A stretch of 63,153 bases of DNA, filler included, from Octopus bimaculoides (Eukaryota), in NCBI RefSeq assembly GCF_001194135.2. It is 4 parts of 4 records of this genome, joined end to end, with 100 filler letters (N's around TTAATTAATTAA, not from the genome) between each part and the next. Parts side by side here need not be neighbours in the genome. Positions count along the whole stretch, not along the records: positions 37,306 to 43,066 come from NW_026314365.1; positions 43,167 to 63,153 come from NC_068984.1; 2 more parts are not named here. One strand, 5' to 3'. Positions 41,035 to 50,950 of this stretch are shown here, piece by piece. The notes beneath the pieces were generated by a model that searched no databases, was not told the origin of the DNA, and saw only the letters and a program-made list of their open reading frames with translations. The position numbers were made by a program, and so were the translations under genes. The first letter of the stretch is position 1; each line of letters starts with the position of its first letter.

Positions 41035-41569
41035 TATGTACGTATGTATATTTGTATGTATGTATGTATGTATGTATGTATGCATGCATGCATGCATGCA
41101 TTCATGTATGTATGCATTCATGTATGTATGTATGTATGTATGTACGTACGTATGTATGTATGTATGTATGTATGTATGTATCCTTAATTTCGATGTGATA
41201 CGTGCAACTGAAATTCAATACGGTGCTAATCTATAGTTTGCTAGCTCCGACAAGTTTGGGCATGCTGAGCAGTAGCATCAAAGCATTTCTTCAATGTGGA
41301 AATTGCTTTTTATTGACTGACAGTATATTATATACGAACTCGTTTATGTAATACAGATGTACGTTTTTCAATATAGATGTAATGCGTTTATGCAAGAGAG
41401 ACGCCTTTTGTTTTACTACTTCGATAGTTACTGTATCTTTAAAACCTTACGATTCGGAGTTATGCTAATATCTAGTTCTCCATCCCACAGTCTATTGTCG
41501 TCGTGCAGAAAAGGCTTGTCAACCAACCTTTGATGTATTTAATAAAAATAATCATTAGATACATTAGAT

Positions 41570-41889
41570 AACTGGTTCCCAACCAATTTTTAAAACTATG
41601 GACAGCCTTTGATAACCATTCCATTCTGGTGGACGCCTAAAGCCATTCGATGCGTAAAAAATTAGTTTTATAGAGGCTTCTTTCAAGATTCCTATTTTGT
41701 TTTATACACAATAATTTTTGTAAGCTGACCTATGTAAAACGTTAGAGAATGAAAAGCTGTCTATTGCAATAAATGCATTTGAATAAAAGATTTTCATGGA
41801 ACTTTAAAATACTGCTGGGGATTCCTAATTTACTATTTTGTTTGCGTGCACCCCTCAGCGGTCATATGGATCCCGGTTGAGAACCACTG
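41570..41889. mobile_element. hAT (Charlie-like) MITE
   Basis: Ends aacTGGTTCCCAACC and GGTTGAGAACCACTG (CAGTGGTTC-type TIR). The 8-bp flanks CATTAGAT and CATTCGAT match at 7 of 8 positions, consistent with a TSD. Confidence 0.7.
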
Positions 41890-42103
41890 CATTCGATTCT
41901 AATGTCACAGATTCGTTGGGTAATGAAACGGAGGGGATTTGATTCTCGTTATGCGTTTGAATATTTTTCTGTGGTAAACTTTTATTAATTTGGGCATATC
42001 TCTCCAATAATGAAAAACACAATTCAAAATGTTTGTGTAATTTATGCTACCTGACCATCCATGAAGTGATATATTGGCAAGATTAAGAGAAGTTACGACA
42101 TAC

Positions 42104-42142
<39 letters not shown>

Positions 42143-42493
42143 ATNNNNNNNNNNNNNNNNNNNNNNNNNNNNNNNNNNNNNNNNNNNNNNNNNNNNNNNN
42201 NNNNNNNNNNNNNNNNNNNNNNNNNNNNNNNNNNNNNNNNNNNNNNNNNNNNNNNNNNNNNNNNNNNNNNNNNNNNNNNNNNNNNNNNNNNNNNNNNNNN
42301 NNNNNNNNNNNNNNNNNNNNNNNNNNNNNNNNNNNNNNNNNNNNNNNNNNNNNNNNNNNNNNNNNNNNNNNNNNNNNNNNNNNNNNNNNNNNNNNNNNNN
42401 NNNNNNNNNNNNNNNNNNNNNNNNNNNNNNNNNNNNNNNNNNNNNNNNNNNNNNNNNNNNNNNNNNNNNNNNNNNNNNNNNNNNNNNNNNNNA

Positions 42494-42720
42494 CAACAGA
42501 CGAAGACAGGTGGTGTAAACAAGAAATAGATGTATTAGTATAACGCTCGGGAATAGAGAAAGTCTTTAACGTTTCGAGCCTACGCTCTTCAACAGAAAGG
42601 AATACAGAAAGGAATAAGGAGAGAAAAAAATATGTGTAGTGGTCAGCGATCTATCATGGCGGATGCCGGACAGAAGGATCACACAGGAGAGTTAAGAAGA
42701 AGGGAAAATAACAAAGATTT
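42494..42720 (-). mobile_element. Penelope-like pseudo-LTR fragment containing a hammerhead ribozyme
   Basis: Homologous to 26646-26760 (ACAACAGACGA.GACAGGTGGTGTAAA...ACGCTCGGGAATA...). Confidence 0.65.
42564..42599 (-). ncRNA. Minimal type I hammerhead ribozyme (variant core), second copy
   Basis: CTTT-CTGTTGA-A-GAGC(GTAG)GCTC-GAAA-C-GTT-AAAG: stems I and II intact, loop II 1 nt longer, palindrome AACGTT, GUU triplet. Confidence 0.7.
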
Positions 42721-43066
42721 AGTGATCCCAAAACGAAGGTGCGTGTGTGTGAGAGAATGCTGGTGATCTTAACGTATGCATGTGTGTATGTAGGTGTGAG
42801 GGTGTGAAAATGTGGAGATGGGAATTGGTCAATGCTGGTGTGTGCGTGGTGGTGTGTTATGATGTGATGTGTTGTGTGATGTGGTGTAGCGTAGTGTGAT
42901 GTGAAGGTGTTGGGAGGTGGGGAAGGCGAGAGTGGGGAAAGCATAGGGTGGGGTGTGGGTTAGGCTGAGGGTGGGGGTAGAGGTAGGGGTATGTGGGTAG
43001 GCAGAGGTTGAGATAGATGGGGGTAGGTGGGTAGGTAGAGTGTGGGAGTAGAGGTGGAGTATGTAG

Positions 43067-43166
43067 NNNNNNNNNNNNNNNNNNNNNNNNNNNNNNNNNN
43101 NNNNNNNNNNTTAATTAATTAANNNNNNNNNNNNNNNNNNNNNNNNNNNNNNNNNNNNNNNNNNNN
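43067..43166. other. Artificial scaffold join: 44 N + TTAATTAATTAA + 44 N
   Basis: Identical 100-bp spacer. Confidence 0.9.
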
Positions 43167-43520
43167 ATGATGATGGTGATAGTGATGGTAATGATGAGGA
43201 TGATGATGGTGATAGTGATGGTAATGATGATGATGGTGATAGTGATGGTAATGATGACAATGATGATGATGGTGATAGTGATGGTAATGATGATGATGAT
43301 GATAGTGAGGGTAATGATGATAATGATGATGATGGTGATAGTGATGGTAATGATGATGATGATGGTGGTGATAGTGATGGTAATGATGATGATGATGATG
43401 GTGATAGTGATGGTAATGATGAGGATGATGATGGTGATAGTGATGGTAATGATGATGATGGTGATAGTGATGGTAATGATGATGGTGGTGGTAACAATGA
43501 TAATGATGATGATGCCAACA
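43167..43520. repeat. (ATG)n-derived higher-order minisatellite
   Basis: Unit (ATG)n-GTG-ATA-GTG-ATG-GTA repeated about 11 times with a variable ATG run. Confidence 0.9.
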
Positions 43521-43579
43521 ATAATAATAACTATAATAAAAGTAAATAAAACCAAAATGAAAATTTTACTAGTACTTAC

Positions 43580-43863
43580 ACTTGACAGCAAGATTTTTTC
43601 TCATATTCAGGGCGGGATGAAGGCGGCTGTGGCATATCTCTTGATAACTTGTTTTCAATTTCTTTCTTAGTATGAAATATACCTGGGTATTTTGTTTTTA
43701 CAAGGTTTTCCAACATGATACTTTTTTTAATCTCATTTATTACTTGATGTTTTGGCTTTTTTGGACGGTACGAAATGTCTGGAGCACGCTTAAACTCATT
43801 TAATTTTGCATACACACATATATCCATTATCACGAAAATCAGAAATAACTTATTTGCACACAT
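43580..43863 (-). CDS. Probable coding exon of an unidentified secreted precursor protein (signal peptide, pro-region, CC)
   Basis: Acceptor TTCTGTCTTCTTTTCAG immediately before ATG. Open frame MCANKLFLIFVIMDICVYA-KLNEFKR-APD...EYEKKSCCQ(V), with a hydrophobic N-terminal stretch and a dibasic KR. Consensus donor GT|GTAAGT at 43580/43579 (phase 2). Not low-complexity and not TE-like. Confidence 0.6.
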
Positions 43864-44166
43864 CTGAAAAGAAGACAGAATTAATTTCAGCTGCAGATTG
43901 TTTGATAAATTTCAAATAATCTTAATTTAGTAAATGTAAAACTGTCCTCCCTAGTTCATAAGGATAATCACTAGAATTGGGACACTAGTAATGGTGTGTT
44001 AATATGAATAAGATTAGCAATATAAGTGAAGTAAGCTATCAGAATGTCAGTATCCTATAAGATAGAATGGTTCAAGATTACCTCGTGGGACCCCAACAGG
44101 CAATTTTTTTGTCTTCATTGCTACATTTTGTTGAATAGAAAGCAATCATAATTTCAGGCCTTTCAA

Positions 44167-44336
44167 GAGGTGAGCTGGCAGAATCGTTAGCATGCTGGAT
44201 GAAATGTTTAGGGGTATTTCACCCATCACTATGTTTTGAGTTCAAATTCCACCAAGGTTAACTTTGCCTTTCATCCTTTCGGGGTTAATAAATTAAGTAC
44301 CAGTGAAACACTGGGGTTGATGTAATCAACTAGTCC
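44167..44336 (+). mobile_element. Family B SINE, cut at its 3' end by the RTE element
   Basis: GAGGTGAGCTGGCAGAATCGTTAGC...GAGTTCAAATTCC...ACTAGTCCC, then abruptly the RTE (CAT)n tail. Confidence 0.85.
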
Positions 44337-46018
44337 CATCATCATCATCGTTTAACATCTACTTTCCATGCTAGCATGGGTTGGACGATTTGACTGAGGA
44401 CTGGCGAACCAGATGGCTGCACCAGGCTCCAATCCGATCTGGCAGAGTTTCTACAGCTGGATGCCCTTCCTAACGCCAACCACTCCAAGAGTGTAGTGGG
44501 TGCTTTTACATGCCATCAGCACGATGGCCAGTCAGGCGGTACTGGCAATGGCCATGCTCAAAATGGTGTTTTTTATGTGCCACCTGCACAGGAGCCAGTC
44601 CAGCAGCACTGGCAATGNNNNNNNNNNNNNNNNNNNNNNNNNNNNNNNNNNNNNNNNNNNNNNNNNNNNNNNNNNNNNNNNNNNNNNNNNNNNNNNNNNN
44701 NNNNNNNNNNNNNNNNNNNNNNNNTGGTAACGATCACACTCAAATGGTGCTATTTACATGCCACTAGCATGGAAGCCAGACAGCTGCTCTGGCAATGATC
44801 ACGCTCGGACGATGCTGTTAGTGCTCCACTGGCACAGGTGCCAGTCATCGAATATGGTTCAATTACAATTTCGATTTCAATTTCACTTGCCCCAACAGGT
44901 CTTCGCAAACAGAGTTTAGTATCCAATGAAGAAGTTGGCATGGGTGCCAGTCGTCGAATTTGGTTCGATTTCAATTTCACTTGCCTCAACAAGCAGAGTT
45001 TAGTGTCCAATGAAGTAAAGATACGAATAAGTGAGCTGGCTTACACTCCTGGCAAAGGCCATGGATTATGGTCTCACTTAGCTTGCCGGGTTTTCTCATA
45101 CACTGCATATTTCCAAAGATCCTGGTCACTGGTCATTGCCTCGGTGAGGCCTAAAGTTCGAAGGTCGTGCTTCACCACCTCATCCCAGGTCTTCCTGGGT
45201 CTACCTCTTCCACAGGTTCCCTCAACCGTTAGGGTGTGGCACTTTTTCACACAGCTATCCTCATCCATTCTTGCCACATGACCATACAAGCGCAATCATC
45301 TCTCTCTTGCACACCACAACTGATGCTTCTTATTGCCTGGAGGACTATGATGAATAGGAGGGGGCTGAGGACTGAACCTTTGTGGACCCCTACCTCTACC
45401 CGGAATTCTTCATTGTACTCGTTGCCAGCCCTCACCTTACTGACAGCGTCCCTGTACATGGCTTGCACAGCTCTCACTAACCATTAATCTATCCCTAGTT
45501 TCCTCATTGACCACCTGATAAGGGATCGGGGGACCCTGTCAAAGGCTTTCTCCATGTCAATGAAAGCCAGGTACAGAAGTTTATCCTTAGCTAGGTATTT
45601 CTCCTGCAGCTGTCTTACTAGAAATATAGCATCAGTGGTGCTTTTCCCTGGCACGAACCCAAACTGCACCTCAGCTAAACTGACACTCTCCCTAATTAGT
45701 TGGGCTATGACCCTCTCCGTGACTTTCAATACTTGATCCAACAACTTGATATCTAAAGTGTTACCTTTACCTTTGTAGCAGTTGACTATGGTGCTGCTAC
45801 ACCAGTCATTGGGTATGACACCTTCGTGTATCACCTGGTTAACAATACGGGTGACTAGGCTATAGCCGACACTGCCAGATATTTTGAGCATCTCTGCAGT
45901 GATTCCTGATGGGCCGGGGCTTTTCTCTGTCTTCATACTCTTAATAGCTTTATCTACCATGGTACTGTCAACTCAGATAGCTGGTCCCTCTGTTGGGTCA
46001 ACATTCGGCAGACTCCAA
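44337..46018 (-). mobile_element. RTE-clade LINE, 5'-truncated, with internal deletions and a long repeat-containing 3' UTR
   Basis: KSPGPSGITAEMLK, QFGFVPGKSTTDAIFLVRQLQEK, AFIDMEKAFDRVPR, GVHKGSVLSPLLF, RLYGHVARM, GRGRPRKTW. The 3' end has GTTGGCGTTAGGAAGGGCATCC, a CCATGCTAGCATGG hairpin and a (GAT)n tail. Confidence 0.9.
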
Positions 46019-46368
46019 ATTTTCTCCCAAATTTGTTTATTTAATCTTTTTTTTTTTTTGNNNNNNNNNNNNNNNNNNNNNNNNNNNNNNNNNNNNNNNN
46101 NNNNNNNNNNNNNNNNNNNNNNNNNNNNNNNNNNNNNNNNNNNNNNNNNNNNNNNNNNNNNNNNNNNNNNNNNNNNNNNNNNNNNNNNNNNNNNNNNNNN
46201 NNNNNNNNNNNNNNNNNNNNNNNNNNNNNNNNNNNNNNNNNNNNNNNNNNNNNNNNNNNNNNNNNNNNNNNNNNNNNNNNNNNNNNNNNNNNNNNNNNNN
46301 NNNNNNNNNNNNNNNNNNNNNNNNNNNNNNNNNNNNNNNNNNNNNNNNNNNNNNNNNNNNNNNNNNNN

Positions 46369-46847
46369 AAAATTTTCTCCTTACCAAACAAAAAAACAAA
46401 AACAAATCATGTCAACATCCTTATAGGCACATATACACACACTTAAAAAATAAATGAATGCATATATACAAATATATAAATAATGTATAGCTGTATACAA
46501 ACATAAATGTATGTTTATAGATTTATATATATATATATGTAATGGATCTTGCAGGCATGAAGTGGATTCGATCCTAGATAGCCAAATTTAAATTAACACT
46601 TGTGTGTGTGTGTGTAATATATATATATATATTACACACACACTAAACGTGAAAAGCGAAACGATGAAACATCATATTGAATCTGATAATATTTCTGTAA
46701 CAAATATGAAAAACAAAAATTAAACATCTTATTGAATGCCTATTGAGGAGGCCAAAAGTCAACAATGTGTTGAAGTATTGAATCAAAAAGCTCTAACTTT
46801 TTTAATCCAATCTCTTGTCGCCACTTAAACTTGCATATATATGAGTC
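46369..46847 (-). mobile_element. Partial Merlin copy (transposase C-terminus and downstream region), inverted relative to the main copy
   Basis: Reverse complement aligns with 47984-48355 and encodes DSYICKFKWRQEIGLKKLELFDSILQHIVDFWPPQ*. It runs into the gap at 46061-46368. Confidence 0.8.
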
Positions 46848-47049
46848 TCAAGGTGATTGATGTGGTAGAGGTGTCGTCGTTGCGGCTGGAACTGGCTGTG
46901 TCTTGTGGTCAGACCTTAAGAAGTCTGAAACCAAAAGACATCAAAACGTGTAGAAGGTGAGTTTTTGTAGGGAGCAATAGGTCAAAACAGTGTAGTGAAC
47001 AGTGTTCCATGTGATCGTAGTTATATGCAATAGTTGACACAATCGAGTA

Positions 47050-48906
47050 AGAGGCAAATTGCCCCAATACCAACCAATCAGAGTAGTGGACACAACAGGA
47101 TCCTAATAGCGGCCAAAGACTAGCTGTTCCCTACTACGTTCGAATGCACGTATATATAAGAAAAAGAGAGATGAATTCCACCAGAGGCTACGTTACATTA
47201 TGAATCTTTTACGTCTAGGCGATATTTGCAAAAATGAAACATCCAGTGTTACTTTTTTTCAAGAAAAAGGAATTCTTCACCAAGAAAGGAAATGCAACAA
47301 TGGTCATTTTATGAATTTCTCAGCTGGAAGTCAAAATAGATGGCGGTGTAGAATTCGTGGATGCAGACAAGAACAAGGACTAAGAACAGAAAATTGGTTT
47401 GCTAATTCACGTTTATCTTCCCGTAAAGTAGTACTTTTCATATATTGCTGGACACACAACACGACAAGTATCGAACTTTGTGATCGTGAGCTTGAAATGA
47501 AAGCTATTTGTGTTGTTGACTGGAATAACTATTTGAAAGAAGTTTGTGCTGCACACATTTTGGCTAACCCAAGAGTGATCGTAGGACCCAACATGACTGT
47601 TGAAATCGACGAAAGTATGTTCTCTAAAAGAAAAAATTGCGTCGGACGTCAACTACATCAATAATGTGTTTTGGAGGTATTTGTAGACAAAACAAAAGAG
47701 TGTTTCATGTTTATTGTCCTTGACAGGTCTGCCACAATACTTCTTCCAATAATAGAAGTAATATAAGACCAGGTACTACCATCATAAGTGACGAATGGTC
47801 AGCATATAAAAATATAATTAATATTGGTCATTTTCAACCTATCACTGCGAATTATTCTCTACACTTTGCCAATCCTACTAATGGTGCTCACACCCAAAAT
47901 ACTGAAAGACTTTGGAAGAGTGCTAAAGAAAAAAAATGAATAAAAGACAAAATGGCACTCACAGAGGTCTACTGCGAGCTTTTGTGGTGACAAGAGATTG
48001 GATTAAAAGAGATCCTTTTGATTCAATACTTGAACACATTGTTGACTTTTGGCCTCTTCAATAGGTATTCAATAAGATGCTTAATTTTTATTTTTCATAT
48101 GATTTGTTATAAAAATATTATCAGATTCAATACGATGTTTCATCTTTTTGCATTTATTGTATGTGTATGTGTGTGTATGTATAATATATATTTGAATCTA
48201 CATACAATTACGTATGTATCTAGCTATCCATTTATAGATTTGTATATATGCATTCATTTTTATTTAAATGTGTATATGTACCTATAAAGATGCTGACATG
48301 ATTTGTTTGGGGTTTTTTCTGTTTTGTTTTTTTTTTTTAGTAAGGAGAGAATTTTGTCTCCAGATTTTATTACCTACGGAGATTAAATACTGACCAGCTT
48401 TTCAACCACGTCAATCACCAACGCCGGCCTGTGTGTATAAATATGTATGTATGTATGCATGCGTGTGTATGTTTGTATGTATATATGTATAAGTATACAT
48501 CCACATTTTCATCACCATTGCTTCTTTTCCTTGTCGTTTCTGTTGAAGTTGTTCTTGTAACTGTTGTCATACTTCGCGTTTTTATTTTCATTTTCTTTAA
48601 TTTCTTTCGTTTTTCTTTTATCTCCCTAGGAATTTCGTTGACAAGCTTCTTTTCATTTGCCTTCTTCGTTTCTTTTTAATTTATTTAAGGTACACCCTCG
48701 TATTTTCTTCCTCGTCCGGTTTGTGGGCCGCCGCCCTTGCTGACCCCACCTCTTCTCAGTGGGAATGTATATACGTGTGTGTGTGTGTTTGGAAATGAAC
48801 TCCGCTCACTTGAAAAAAGTGATGGTTTTTATATATGGGAATAACCCACATTTTTAGTGGGGAGATAACCCCATTTTTAATGGGGGTGAAATAACCAAAA
48901 AGTACC
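47050..48906 (+). mobile_element. Merlin (IS1595/ISXO2-like) DNA transposon; left end not identified
   Basis: Transposase remnant, upstream CCAATCA and TATATAAG, and right-end subterminal repeats GGG(A/G)n-ATAACC (three copies) ending ...AAAAAGTACC. No matching left TIR found. Confidence 0.7.
47200..48064 (+). pseudogene. Merlin-family DDE transposase, disrupted
   Basis: N-terminal C..GH.M...W.C...C zinc-ribbon motif; VEIDESMFSKRK..VGR; DRSATILLPII; SDEW.AY; GAHTQNTE.LWK. Stop at 47662-47664 and later frameshifts. Confidence 0.85.
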
Positions 48907-50656
48907 AAATAATTACATCAAAATTAAGTATAATAATATTTTTAAAATACATGAGCATAAAACAGATTTATGTATATGTTTGTAGATAACTGTGTGTGTG
49001 AATGACTGCATGTGTGTGTATGTGTGTGAGTGTGTCGGTGACGGTAGCTGCCAAGAGAAATGAAAGTTGGTCTTGAACATCAAAGACTATGTGGTATATC
49101 AAAACAAAAAATAAATGCATAAAATGTTTTTACGGATTTTACCGAACACGCCATCAGCTGGGAAGGAATGACAAATAAAATATCTATATCGAAAGGATGC
49201 CACCGAAATAATATTCTTGGTTAAAATATGACACTCGCAAGTTTCTATCCTTGCCCGAATTAAAGATGTTACTAAGATTCTTCATGGCTATAAATCAATA
49301 TTTGTAATGTTTCACACATCTTATTAACTGCCTTCAACAACTATTTAGAATTAGAGACAAATATCAATGTTATTATATAATGAACACACTTTTTACACAT
49401 TACATTAAGAAAACTTACAGCAGCCAGTGCGTGATTTTTGACTTTTGACTCTTGAATCTCACGATCTTCTAATTTGTAAAGTAGGGATGTAAACTACTTC
49501 GATTCAGTTTATATAGAGACGGGAAATTAGAACATTAGTTCTAGAAATAGATATCGCAAATTTATTTTTAAATTAAAGACTATACGTAGTTTCCGGTCGC
49601 TGATTTTCCGCCATATCAACTAACAAAGAAAAAGCAATTTCAAAGTCATTAGCAAAAAAAGAAAAATCCCACCCAACCTCTTTATTCCCACCAAAACATA
49701 GAAAACGATTTATGTAAGTTTAAAACTTGTTGAACAGGTCTGACAAAGAAAAATGCTGAAACTAACTTGAGATATAATTCAATTTCATATTCATTTACGC
49801 AATTTTGGTTTTTTTAGGTGTCATAGAGGAATAACTATTAAATACCCAACTCACCCCATCCTTACTGTTGCGTTGAGAATACCCCAGTCAAAAGAATAAA
49901 AATTAACATAAACATTTATTTACATGAAAGACAATTACCAGAGAACTTTCATCTAATTCTTCTAAATCTTTCTGTTAAAACTGTATTGAAACCATTTGTG
50001 GGGAATTTTTCTATCGCAGCTACTAGTCGCACACCACAAAGTTTAACGGAACCTACTGAAGCAAGCCAGCACGTCGCAGCATTACCACGGGCGATGGCGA
50101 GGTAAAAGCCTTAGGAAAGCCAAGCGCCCTCACCCTCTCGGTGAAGCGGGCTGATAACGTTGACAAGAACTCCACGGTTAGTGGCCCAGTCCCTCCGAAT
50201 GTCTCAAACGCCACTTACCCATTACTTCAGGGTTCATTTCCTTCGGCTATGGAAGCAGTGACCCTCTCATTAACTGCAGCATCCAGGATGTGGGAGGGAG
50301 CAAAGGAATCGCAGACTGTGGCGTCCCAAATGAGGCATCTACCTCTACCCAGGGACAGAGGGTAAGACCATCTGGTTTCTTTCCATCACTTCTGGATAAC
50401 CCCGACGGCTCCAGAACTGAGAGGATATTAATCCGAGCCAGGGCCCGCTTAATGATTAGGTTTAGCTCAGAGTGACGAGCGAAGCGACCAGCATTTAGGC
50501 GGCAAGACAGACCGTGAAAACCTGTGGGGTCGAGGGGCCCACCACAGTGGCAGACCTATAGATGTCAGTTCCCACTCTGAATGCGATAGAAATGCGAAGT
50601 TCATCTAGATTGAGTAGACTTCCAATGTTGACTACAACCAGGGCATCAATCTAGAC

Positions 50657-50950
50657 CAGGGGTTTTCAAACTGTGGTCTGCGGACCACAGGGGGCCGCAA
50701 GGACAAGACAGGGGGTCCGTGGACAGCAAATACTTTTTATGGGCAATTTGATTTTATATGTTTTTTAATCGAAATCTTTTAATTGACAATAAGCCTATTT
50801 GTTAAATACTGTTAAATAAATAAATGTAAAAATATATGTTATTTTAAGCAAATATTTATGTATAAATTTCATAAGCGTTTATAAGGGGGTCCCTAAGGTA
50901 AAGCCTGAAATATAAAGGTGTCCGCAAGTCAAAAAGTTTGAAAACCTCTG
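50657..50950. mobile_element. hAT (Charlie-like) MITE, 294 bp
   Basis: 16-bp TIRs CAGGGGTTTTCAAACT and AGTTTGAAAACCTCTG (1 mismatch). Perfect 8-bp TSD ATCTAGAC at 50649-50656 and 50951-50958, fitting the nTCTAGAn preference. Confidence 0.95.

Noticed and set aside
46606-46643. 38-bp perfect palindrome (GT)n-AATATATATATATATT-(AC)n
   Set aside because: Made of self-complementary microsatellite at the edge of the insert in the inverted Merlin arm; no independent significance.
48500-48740. Antisense Lys/Arg-rich frame with a GRGRK motif in the Merlin right arm
   Set aside because: Interrupted by stops and explained by T-rich low complexity.
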